A stretch of DNA of 64,000 bases, taken from positions 146,563 through 210,562 of the forward strand of contig LURR01000012.1 in the NCBI GenBank assembly GCA_001628485.1. Direction: 5' to 3'. The notes under the pieces are model-generated. The model did no database searches, was not told the DNA's origin, and saw only the letters and a list, made by a program, of their open reading frames with translations. The stretch comes from Marine group II euryarchaeote REDSEA-S11_B3N4 (GTDB lineage: Archaea > Thermoplasmatota > Poseidoniia > Poseidoniales > Thalassarchaeaceae). The translations under genes were made by a program, and so were the position numbers. Below, in pieces: positions 45,617-54,428 of the stretch; the stretch's first letter is position 1, and every line of letters begins with the position of its first letter.

Positions 45617-46393
45617 TCAATCATCCGGATACAATTTGAAAACTGGAATTGGGTCCATTTTGTGCGAATTCGATTTATTCAGACTCCGATAGATGTCCAA
45701 CACCTTCCTTTCGCGTTCAGACAAATCTGCTCTCTTCGGGCTGGCAGACTCTTTCATTGCCCACTCAATCTCGTCGTAAGTTGCCCCTATCTGGTCTTCG
45801 TCAGTCCTCCCGTCGTCCCACAGTCCGTCCGTTGGAGAAGCTTCCAGAACCTCTGCGATTACTCCCAGCTCTTCCCCAATCGCGTAAACATCGGATTTGT
45901 ACAAATCAGCAATTGGTGAGATATCTACTCCTCCATCTCCGTATTTAGTGTAGAAGCCGATTCCGAAGTCTTCTACCTTGTTTCCAGTCCCTACTACCAT
46001 CCCATTATTGGAACCCGCAACAGCAAACAGAGCGGTCATTCGCAGCCTTGCTCTAGAGTTAGCCAGGGATAATTCGGTCACTTTCTGGCTGTCCAAATCA
46101 GAACACAACTCGTCATAAGTATTCGATAGATCTATTTTCGATCTTTCCACATTTTCCCATTTTGACAATAACCACTCAATATGGAGGTTTGAGATTTCAT
46201 ACTGACCCTCATCCTGGTGGATGGGCATATTGACCACTATTGTCCTTATTCCCGTCATTGCAGAGAGTGTTGATGTGACTGCGGAATCTACTCCCCCAGA
46301 AACTCCGACAACTAGGGTTTCCAAACTATTTCTATGGGCGTAGTCGGATATCCAATCTGAAATGTCATTGGCAACTTTACCCCAGTCCACCAT
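45617..46393 (-). CDS. nadE: NH3-dependent NAD+ synthetase
   Basis: PP-loop VVGVSGGVDSAV and the typical NadE C-terminal region (GTGNKVEDFGIGFYTKYGDGGVD). Confidence 0.9.
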   Translation of the reverse strand: MVDWGKVANDISDWISDYAHRNSLETLVVGVSGGVDSAVTSTLSAMTGIRTIVVNMPIHQDEGQYEISNLHIEWLLSKWENVERSKIDLSNTYDELCSDLDSQKVTELSLANSRARLRMTALFAVAGSNNGMVVGTGNKVEDFGIGFYTKYGDGGVDISPIADLYKSDVYAIGEELGVIAEVLEASPTDGLWDDGRTDEDQIGATYDEIEWAMKESASPKRADLSERERKVLDIYRSLNKSNSHKMDPIPVFKLYPDD

Positions 46394-46402
46394 GCTGAAA
46401 CC

Positions 46403-47086
46403 TCAGTGACAGGCAACTCCGAATTTCTTAAGTCTCCAGTAATTGTAAGGCCAAGGTGTGAGAAAACCCGCGATGAGCATGGGTAAAATCACCCACCATG
46501 TCAACTTAGCACCACCCGTGAGTACGAAATCAGTCACATTCATTGCTGCCTCCATTGATATCATCGAAATAAGAGACATTCCAATTGCTACCCTAAATGC
46601 CTCATACAGAGGCATCTGGCTTAGAAGAATGAAGGTCTCTAGGGCTATTGAAGTCATAATCCCGTTGAACATCGCCAGTGCCATAATCATCATCGCACTC
46701 CACCCAGAATCTGTGAATATGAACTGGAAAGCCGCTATTGTTCCGAAGTCACCGATACTACATCCGATTAGGCACCACTTCGTATTGTTAGCAGACTGCC
46801 ACCAGACAGCAGAATCCCTCCAATGGAAGTCTTCTCCTTGACCATCAACGGTATATCCCACCGATCTCACGGCTGTACTTAGATCATCTCTGGAAACTCC
46901 CAAGTGGCTAATTTCAGCAATCCCGTCCTCGTGACTAACGTCGGCCGAGACCACTCCGGATAACGTCTCTAGAGATTCCTTAACCCTGTTTGAGCAGCCA
47001 TCGCAGGTCATCCCTCCGACATCTAGTCGAATAGTCTCTGCCATGATATTTACCAGCGCATTGGGCATTTGAAGTCTTGCAATCAA
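46403..47086 (-). CDS. Heavy-metal-associated (HMA) domain fused to a 4-TM membrane domain bearing a CxxxC motif
   Basis: HMA motif GMTCDGCSNRVKESL at the N-terminus. Membrane part contains WCLIGCSIGDFG. Architecture recalls MerP+MerT-type or copper-handling proteins. Confidence 0.55.
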   Translation of the reverse strand: MIARLQMPNALVNIMAETIRLDVGGMTCDGCSNRVKESLETLSGVVSADVSHEDGIAEISHLGVSRDDLSTAVRSVGYTVDGQGEDFHWRDSAVWWQSANNTKWCLIGCSIGDFGTIAAFQFIFTDSGWSAMMIMALAMFNGIMTSIALETFILLSQMPLYEAFRVAIGMSLISMISMEAAMNVTDFVLTGGAKLTWWVILPMLIAGFLTPWPYNYWRLKKFGVACH

Positions 47087-47150
47087 CGACCTTTCCTCTC
47101 CGACTAGCTCCCCCTCAAGTTCAAGACGAACTCACAGGTCCGAATGGCCG

Positions 47151-50100
47151 ATGACAGTCCCCTCATCCCCCGGAGAACTCGATCCAGTTTCACTGGAAAG
47201 TTCGCTCATGGAGGTCTGGGAGAAGGAGTCAACATTCTCCCAATCAATAGAATCCAGGAGGGAAAAGGACTCGCCATTCACATTCCTGGAAGGACCACCA
47301 ACCGCCAACGGCAGACCAGGAATTCATCACGTCCTATCCAGGCTATTCAAGGACATGGTATGTAGATGGAAATCTATGGAGGGGCACTTGGTGGAGAGAA
47401 AGGGCGGATGGGATACACACGGGCTTCCTGTAGAGATAGAGGTCCAGAAGCAGCTAGATCTTATGTCGAATGAGGCCATTGAAGAGTTTGGAATGGAGGA
47501 ATTCAACAAGAAATGCAAGGAGAGCGTTTGGACCTACGAAGAGGCATGGAGGGAGATGACCGAGAGGATGGGATTCTGGGTAGACATGGAGGACCCATAC
47601 GTCACTCTGCACGATGAATACATAGAATCGGCATGGTGGTCGCTTAAGCAGATGTTCGAGAAGGGACTATTGTTCCGTGGACACAAGGTGCTTCCTTATT
47701 GCCCTCAGACTGGAACGAGTTACTCCACTCACGAGGTCTCACAGGGATACAAGGAAGTCACGGAACCCGCAGTGTTCGTTAAGTTCAGACTAGAAGATGA
47801 CGATGCTTCAGTTCTCGCATGGACTACAACTCCGTGGACTCTTCCTGGGAACGTCGGATTGGCCGTTGGACCAGATGTGACATACTGCAGAGTGAGAATA
47901 ACTGAGCCGGCTTCCGAGTCATGGGAAGGACGTGGAGGGGGCGAAGTTGGCGAAGAACTGATATTGGCCAAGGACCTTATTGGGAACGTAATGAGAAATC
48001 ATGCCGACGTGATAGAGGAATTCCCGGGATCGGCTCTTGTCGGAAAGTCATATTCGCCCCTATTCCCGGGTGCAATTGACAAGGGGTCATCCGAGTCAGC
48101 CTGGACCATAGTGTCTGCGGACTTCGTCACCACCACCGATGGAACAGGGGTGGTACATACTGCTGTCATGTACGGGGAGGATGACTACAGGCTAGGGATG
48201 GAGGTCGGATTCCCGGCACAGCACACAGTCGGTATGGACGGGTCTTTCGTTTCCGGAGTTCATGAGAATCTAGACGGACGATACGTGAAGGACTGCGATG
48301 ACGAGATTATCAGCCTACTGGATGACCGGGGACTTTTGTACAGGGAGCATGATTACACTCATGACTATCCCCATTGCTGGAGGACAGACCACCCTCTTCT
48401 ATACTATGCAATGGACAGTTGGTTCGTCAGGATGACGGCTGTCAGGGACCAGATTCTTTCTCACAACTCTAGCGTCGAATGGGCCCCTGAGTGGACCGGG
48501 ACAAAGAGGATGGGCGAGTGGCTGTCCAACATCAAGGACTGGGCCATCAGCAGGGAGAGGTACTGGGGGACTCCAATTCCAGTATGGATCTGCCCCGATT
48601 GCGGGGCCGAGCACTGCGTCGGAAGCATCGAGGAGATGAATGCTATGAGTACCGAAGACTCCCCTACTCCACCGGAACTACACAGGCCATATGTCGATGA
48701 TGTGAAATTGGTGTGTACGAACAAAGAATGCTCGGGCGAGATGGTCAGGGAGCCCTATGTCATGGATTGCTGGTTTGATTCTGGATGTGCTTCGTTCGCA
48801 CAGTGGCACTATCCATTCGAGAACGAAGAATTGTTCGAAGGATCGTTCCCAGTAGACTACATCTGCGAGGCTGTAGATCAGACTAGAGGCTGGTTCTACT
48901 CGTTACTTGCGGTTGCAACCACGGTGTTCGATGAGCCTTGCTTCCGTAGATGCCTATCCTTGGGCCATATACTGGACAAGGACGGGAAGAAGATGAGCAA
49001 ATCAAGAGGAAACGTTGTGAACCCCTGGGACCACTTCAACAAGGAGGGAGCCGACTCCATCAGGTGGTACATGACCACACAAAGCGCACCGTGGTCCCCT
49101 ACCAATTTTGACCCCAATGGAGTTCGGGAGTCCTACGCAAAGATGTTCCTCACCCTCTGGAACGTCTACAGGTTCCATGCCGATTATGCTGCCCTGGATG
49201 GTTTCGATCCAGATGAAGAATCAGGCTTCGTTCCAGTTGGTGAAAGGAGTCCATTGGATCGTTGGATACTCTCCAAGGTCACCGAGATGGCCGATGGCTA
49301 TCACACGAACTTCGTCTCATGGGACTTCCATAAGGCAGGAAGGGGGTTGGAGGACTTCGTTGTCAACGATCTCTCAAATTGGTACGTCCGTAGATCGAGA
49401 AGGAGGCTATGGGATGAGGCAGATAGCAACGACAAGAGAGCGTGCCAGCACACCTTGCATGAGGTTCTGCTGGTGGTTTGCAGACTCATGGCACCGGTAT
49501 CCCCCTTCACACCAGATCACATCCACAGGAGCCTGACCGGCTCATCGGTCCATCTTGCTGACTGGCCGGTCGGCTCGGAGATAGTCGACAGATCACTGCC
49601 CGAAAGGGACTTCGGGCTTGAGCAGGAGATGTCTCTGGTGAGGTCCCTAGCAGAGGCAGGTAGACGGATCAGAGTGGATTCGAACAGGAGGCAGAGGCTT
49701 CCTTGCAGGACAGGATGGATAGTCGGGGGCCCAGATATTTCGCGCTTCGGCGAGATACTAGCAGAGGAACTCAATGTAGAGGTACTTTCCACAGAGAAGG
49801 ACCTCGATGCCTTCCAGAGAATAGTCCTTGAGCCGAATAGGAAGGTACTCGGTGCCAAGTGCCGTTCTGATCTCCCAGACGTTCTGGCTCAGCTAGAGAT
49901 GGCCGACCCCGAAGAACTGCTGCTCGAAATAGAGGCGGGAATAGCCGCACTGGCAGGATACGAGATCACTATGTCCGATATTGATATCAGGAGGGTCGAA
50001 AGGGACGGTTTCGCCGCGCAGACTCTATCCTTTGAGGAGGGCGACGTATCCATTGTCCTGGATATGCACACCGACTCAGACCTCCTATCGAAGGGATTGG

Positions 50101-50333
50101 CTAGGGACATTACAAGAAGGATCCAAGCCAAAAGAAAGGAGCTTGACTTGCAGGTAGAGTCTTCGATAGTACTGTCGGTTTGGATTGAAGGAATGGAATT
50201 AGAGGATAGGGATTGGCAGTATATTACATCGGAGACTAGAGCCGGAGAGTCCTCATTGAACGAAGGTGGACCCTCAGAAGAATCCGACAAATTCGAGGTC
50301 GATGGGACTATTGTTCACTTCCAAATTCGTTGA
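47151..50333 (+). CDS. ileS: Isoleucine--tRNA ligase
   Basis: HIGH-region PPTANGRPGIHHVLSR, KMSKS motif KMSKSRGN, a CxxC...CxxC zinc knuckle (CPDCGAEHC...CTNKECSGE). 1060 aa, typical archaeal IleRS length. Confidence 0.95.
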   Translation: MTVPSSPGELDPVSLESSLMEVWEKESTFSQSIESRREKDSPFTFLEGPPTANGRPGIHHVLSRLFKDMVCRWKSMEGHLVERKGGWDTHGLPVEIEVQKQLDLMSNEAIEEFGMEEFNKKCKESVWTYEEAWREMTERMGFWVDMEDPYVTLHDEYIESAWWSLKQMFEKGLLFRGHKVLPYCPQTGTSYSTHEVSQGYKEVTEPAVFVKFRLEDDDASVLAWTTTPWTLPGNVGLAVGPDVTYCRVRITEPASESWEGRGGGEVGEELILAKDLIGNVMRNHADVIEEFPGSALVGKSYSPLFPGAIDKGSSESAWTIVSADFVTTTDGTGVVHTAVMYGEDDYRLGMEVGFPAQHTVGMDGSFVSGVHENLDGRYVKDCDDEIISLLDDRGLLYREHDYTHDYPHCWRTDHPLLYYAMDSWFVRMTAVRDQILSHNSSVEWAPEWTGTKRMGEWLSNIKDWAISRERYWGTPIPVWICPDCGAEHCVGSIEEMNAMSTEDSPTPPELHRPYVDDVKLVCTNKECSGEMVREPYVMDCWFDSGCASFAQWHYPFENEELFEGSFPVDYICEAVDQTRGWFYSLLAVATTVFDEPCFRRCLSLGHILDKDGKKMSKSRGNVVNPWDHFNKEGADSIRWYMTTQSAPWSPTNFDPNGVRESYAKMFLTLWNVYRFHADYAALDGFDPDEESGFVPVGERSPLDRWILSKVTEMADGYHTNFVSWDFHKAGRGLEDFVVNDLSNWYVRRSRRRLWDEADSNDKRACQHTLHEVLLVVCRLMAPVSPFTPDHIHRSLTGSSVHLADWPVGSEIVDRSLPERDFGLEQEMSLVRSLAEAGRRIRVDSNRRQRLPCRTGWIVGGPDISRFGEILAEELNVEVLSTEKDLDAFQRIVLEPNRKVLGAKCRSDLPDVLAQLEMADPEELLLEIEAGIAALAGYEITMSDIDIRRVERDGFAAQTLSFEEGDVSIVLDMHTDSDLLSKGLARDITRRIQAKRKELDLQVESSIVLSVWIEGMELEDRDWQYITSETRAGESSLNEGGPSEESDKFEVDGTIVHFQIR

Positions 50334-50341
50334 AATTTTGA

Positions 50342-51760
50342 CTATAGGTATCGCTCGGGAATCAACATCTCAACCCCGAAGAGTGGGTCGGGATCGGTCG
50401 AGTCATGATATGCAATGAACGATCCTCCATCCGGGAGTATCCCCATACTGGCGAAGTCGAATCTAATGTCATTCCCCGCTCCAGAAGTTGAGTCAAGATC
50501 CCCCTGTCCGAGATAGGTAAGGACGTCAGGCTCCAGGCTCTGGGAGAACTCACGCACGTGATAGGCAACGTCAACGTCCGGCCCATCTGCGCTCTGGAAC
50601 CTAACGTTAAGCACGAATAGATCATGCGCCCCGCTAGAGTGGAATTCCCACTCCTCGATTTCAGTGGCTCTCTCTGAGAGGTTGTAAGTCTTGTTTTCCC
50701 ACGTCTCCCCGCCATCCCATGAGAGCATATGCACGAGAGAGGCTTGTCCCGAGCTTACGCAGTGCAGGGCAGTGGACGAGTCAAATGCGCAATACTGTGA
50801 CGGCAACGAGGAACCATTCAGCGTCACTCCCGTCCACCAATTGAGTGAAGTGTCCAAAAACGCGTCACTCCCATCTATGAAGTAGCTTGGAAAGTACAGG
50901 CCACCAGAGGGAACTGGAAAAGCCCTCATCTCTTTGTGAGGCTTAGTGAAGTCCCACTCTGGCCCTAGGCTTTCGGGACTCAGATCCACCTCCATAACGT
51001 CCAGGCTCTCATCTCTATCCGGGAAACCGAAATAATCGTAATTCAGACCGTCAGTTGATATCTGCCCTCCAACATTCTGGACTTGGTGCCAGAAATTGGA
51101 AATAACTAGGCTGGCCCAAGGCCCGTTGCCATATAGTCCGCCGTTTATCGGTCCCACTACCTCGACCTGCCAAGATCTATCATAGAATGGCTCTGGAGTC
51201 CTATTGAAGCACCAACTCCACTCCTGGTCCTCAGCGTCATAGAAGAAAGCGTAGAATTGGTCAGCCCCGCTTGTACTTGGGTAAGGGAACCATCCCATCG
51301 AGATAAGATCGCCATTAGTTGCCTGAACTATGCTTCCCTCCCCTAGTCCTTCCTGTCCGGGGACAGTAGGCTTTGGCTCAAGACATCCCAATTGGGAGAA
51401 AATAGTAGGCCTGTACTCCTGCCAAGTCAGACCTCTGTCCTCCGACCATGTCGGATATTCCCCGCCAAAGTTTAGGATCCACCCCTCCTTGGTCGCTGCT
51501 AGGTAATGCTCGCAGCAGTTTCCCCCATGCTCGTTCCCGAAAACCGTCCATGTGGCGTTCCCCCAAGTCTCATTTTCTACTGGATCTGCTACTACGAACA
51601 TACGCGGATCCTCGTGCCCGCTTGGGTCAATTAGCACATAGTCGCGATTCCAGTCAAACTCCTGTTCGCTCGAGGTTACCTCTTCCAGACAGCCCGGTAG
51701 GAGCATCATCAGAGCTAAAGCAAGAGATGCTATGATTCGACCCGACCTCATTGAGTACAC
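50342..51760 (-). CDS. Secreted BNR/Asp-box repeat lipoprotein (sialidase-like beta-propeller, probable glycoside hydrolase or glycan-binding protein)
   Basis: Lipoprotein-like N-terminus (hydrophobic signal helix then Cys: LALALMMLLPGCLEE). Asp-box motifs SEDRGLTW and SWDGGETW. Confidence 0.55.
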   Translation of the reverse strand: MYSMRSGRIIASLALALMMLLPGCLEEVTSSEQEFDWNRDYVLIDPSGHEDPRMFVVADPVENETWGNATWTVFGNEHGGNCCEHYLAATKEGWILNFGGEYPTWSEDRGLTWQEYRPTIFSQLGCLEPKPTVPGQEGLGEGSIVQATNGDLISMGWFPYPSTSGADQFYAFFYDAEDQEWSWCFNRTPEPFYDRSWQVEVVGPINGGLYGNGPWASLVISNFWHQVQNVGGQISTDGLNYDYFGFPDRDESLDVMEVDLSPESLGPEWDFTKPHKEMRAFPVPSGGLYFPSYFIDGSDAFLDTSLNWWTGVTLNGSSLPSQYCAFDSSTALHCVSSGQASLVHMLSWDGGETWENKTYNLSERATEIEEWEFHSSGAHDLFVLNVRFQSADGPDVDVAYHVREFSQSLEPDVLTYLGQGDLDSTSGAGNDIRFDFASMGILPDGGSFIAYHDSTDPDPLFGVEMLIPERYL

Positions 51761-51808
51761 GTACTTCCGTGATGACGGTATTATATCGCACTTTCATTGA
51801 ATTGATGA

Positions 51809-53242
51809 CTATTCAATTCTCCAACTAGCCCCGTTGGGGCCATCCTCGACTATTACTCCCATTCCCGTTAGCTCATCGCGAATTTCATCTGCTCTCGCCC
51901 AGTCCTTAGATTCCCTCGCTTCATCCCTCTCCAAAAGAAGACTCTCTACATGCTGGGAAATCTCATCCTTCGCAATCTCCTGACTCTGTATTTTGCCCAG
52001 AAGCTCAGAATCCTCGGGAAGAAGTCCTAGAACATCTCCAGCGTATTCAGAAATCCATCTCACGGCCCCAGCAATCTCTTCAGACTCTCCTCCGGAGTCC
52101 AGCAGGACCCTCATTCTCTTGGCCACTGACTGCACTTCCACAAGAGCGACTCTCGTATTGAAGTCGTCATCCATCCCCGACTCAAATCTACTAGTAGCTT
52201 CTTCCAACCAAGATAATCCCCGCCAGTCCGTGCTTCCTTTCTTTGCAAGACCCTCTCCGTAGCATGTTACAAGCCTGCGGTGATGAACCTCCGAGTCGTC
52301 AATCATCACCTGATTGAAGTCTACTGGCTGGCGATAGGGAGCGTTTATCAGAGTGTATCTCAATACAAGGGGGTCAACATTCTCCAACGCCTCGGATATT
52401 GTCCAGAAGTTACCCAATGACTTGCTCATTTTCTCCCCATCTACGTTCACCATGCCGTTATGGATCCAGTACTGCACCACTGGATCGTGACCCAGACAGC
52501 ATTCTGACTGGAAAATCTCGGCCTCATGGTGTGGGAAAATTAGATCGGAACCACCTCCATGGATGTCGAACCTTTCTCCAAGATGCTTGAGTGACATCGC
52601 AGAGCACTCGATATGCCAACCCGGCCTCCCGTCTCCCCAGGGGCTCTCCCACGAAGGCTCTCCAGGCTTCGCCATCTTCCATAGAGCGAAGTCCCTATGG
52701 TCCCTCTTTCCAGAACCGGTTTTGTCGACCCTCCCACCAGCTCCGGATCTGACCATTTCCAGGGTTTGGCCGGTGAGCTGTCCATACTTCTCTGGGGAAG
52801 TATCAATTTCGAAGTATACCCCATCCTCGGCTAGGTACGCATTGCCCTTCTCAATAAGCGACTCAACCATCTCGATTATTTCTGGAATGGTTTCGGTTAC
52901 TCTTGGGTATGCATCCGCTCTAATTACGTTAAGCGCATCCATGGATCTGAAGTAGTCCTCGATGTATCTATTGGAAATTTCTAGGAAGTCAACACCTTCT
53001 TCATTGGCAGCCGAGATAATCTTGTCATCAACATCCGTGAAATTCGTGATATAATTGACTGCAAAACCCCTCTTGCGTAGCCATCTTACTATGATATCGA
53101 ATGAAATAGCCTGTCTAGCATGACCAATGTGACTAGGCGAGTAAGGGGTAATCCCACAGGCATACAGGCCCACCTTCCCTTCTTCAAGGGTCACCAATTC
53201 CCTCTTTTTCCGAGATCGAGTGTCGAATAATCTGACTGCCAC
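51809..53242 (-). CDS. cysS: Cysteine--tRNA ligase
   Basis: HIGH motif PSHIGHARQ, KMSKS motif KMSKSLGN, zinc-binding Cys residues in conserved positions. Confidence 0.95.
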   Translation of the reverse strand: MAVRLFDTRSRKKRELVTLEEGKVGLYACGITPYSPSHIGHARQAISFDIIVRWLRKRGFAVNYITNFTDVDDKIISAANEEGVDFLEISNRYIEDYFRSMDALNVIRADAYPRVTETIPEIIEMVESLIEKGNAYLAEDGVYFEIDTSPEKYGQLTGQTLEMVRSGAGGRVDKTGSGKRDHRDFALWKMAKPGEPSWESPWGDGRPGWHIECSAMSLKHLGERFDIHGGGSDLIFPHHEAEIFQSECCLGHDPVVQYWIHNGMVNVDGEKMSKSLGNFWTISEALENVDPLVLRYTLINAPYRQPVDFNQVMIDDSEVHHRRLVTCYGEGLAKKGSTDWRGLSWLEEATSRFESGMDDDFNTRVALVEVQSVAKRMRVLLDSGGESEEIAGAVRWISEYAGDVLGLLPEDSELLGKIQSQEIAKDEISQHVESLLLERDEARESKDWARADEIRDELTGMGVIVEDGPNGASWRIE

Positions 53243-53268
53243 TAGCTAATGGCATGGCACTTCAGACA

Positions 53269-53958
53269 TCAACCCCTCGCTGCTTCAATAAGTGCAGAGA
53301 ATAGTACGTCATGTCCTTTCCTTTCTGGGTGCCATTGAACTCCAATGCAGAATTGCTTGTCCCTTCGCTCTACTCCCTCTATTAGGCCATCATGCTCCGC
53401 TCTCGCCGAAATCTCCAGGGTTCCAGAATCTGACACTCCCTGATGATGTAGAGAGTTGACTGTGAACGACTCCCCCATGATGCTCGCCAACAATGAATCC
53501 CTTTCCACTACTACTCCGTGCTCAGTCGACTTCCCAAAGAAACCACCGTGCCCTTCGTGTCCAGATGTCGTGTCCAGATGTTGATGCATTTTCCCGCCAT
53601 GTGCAACACTTAGTATCTGCATTCCCCTGCAAATGCCTAGGAAGGGCATGTCCATCTCTAGAGCCCCCTCGATTAGCCCCATCTCCGAAAAGTCCTGCTC
53701 AGGGTAGAATTCCGTGGTCATTGGCCCCGGCTCCTCTTTGTAAGTAGCCGGTGAGATATCTGGTCCTCCTGAGACGATCAACCCATCTATCGAATCCAGC
53801 AGACTGGTCATGTCTCCCGCAGGGGGGATGATCATAGGTACCCCTCCGGCCTTTTCAACCATTGAAACATACCCTGAAGGCAAGATTGCAGCATGCCTGA
53901 CAAAATCGCTGTACTGAGCCTCCCTCATGCAGCAGGTGATTCCAATGATTGGCTTCAT
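53269..53958 (-). CDS. Gamma-glutamyl-GABA hydrolase-like class I glutamine amidotransferase (peptidase C26 family)
   Basis: KPIIGITCC N-terminus, catalytic LGICRGMQIL, HHQ motif (NSLHHQGV). Start trimmed to MKPIIG; the long ORF runs to 54072. Confidence 0.7.
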   Translation of the reverse strand: MKPIIGITCCMREAQYSDFVRHAAILPSGYVSMVEKAGGVPMIIPPAGDMTSLLDSIDGLIVSGGPDISPATYKEEPGPMTTEFYPEQDFSEMGLIEGALEMDMPFLGICRGMQILSVAHGGKMHQHLDTTSGHEGHGGFFGKSTEHGVVVERDSLLASIMGESFTVNSLHHQGVSDSGTLEISARAEHDGLIEGVERRDKQFCIGVQWHPERKGHDVLFSALIEAARG

Positions 53959-54359
53959 TCTATCACCGAGGACTCCCTTTCTAGTCTGGCACTTCTGAAT
54001 GACATAATTCCCACGACCATGAAAGAGACTCCTACCAGAAGGAGGAGTAGATGGGAGACAATTCCAAGCCAAGACATCTCATCAAAAGTTGTGGCTATTC
54101 TAGACCCCCCCAATGCCATCAACAGCCCAAAAACCATGGATGCGTGCATGTAGTGATGCCTGTTGGCAGGATTTCTCACCGAAAGGAAACCAAGAGCGAG
54201 CATCGGCAGTCCAAAGAAGGCCGGAATCATCGCTGTGATAGATGGAGGGTCAGCACTCTGGATGGAATAAGCAATCACCCCCCATACGGATAGAATTGCA
54301 CCATCCATAATCGCAATCTGGGGAACGGTCATCCCGAACATCTTGAACTCTGAACTCAT
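53955..54359 (-). CDS. Small 4-TM membrane protein
   Basis: 134-aa hydrophobic ORF whose stop overlaps (ATGA) the trimmed start of the C26 amidotransferase. Confidence 0.45.
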   Translation of the reverse strand: MSSEFKMFGMTVPQIAIMDGAILSVWGVIAYSIQSADPPSITAMIPAFFGLPMLALGFLSVRNPANRHHYMHASMVFGLLMALGGSRIATTFDEMSWLGIVSHLLLLLVGVSFMVVGIMSFRSARLERESSVIE

Positions 54360-54428
54360 AGTTGCCGGCGAGTGTTAGGATTAATGATTGTCTCGACTAG
54401 AGAACCTGAATTCGAATAGAGAGTTCAG

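Noticed and set aside
53269-54072. Long form of the C26 amidotransferase ORF overlapping the small membrane protein gene
   Set aside because: Homology starts at the internal MKPIIGIT. That trimmed start gives a classic ATGA stop/start overlap with the upstream 134-aa membrane protein ORF.
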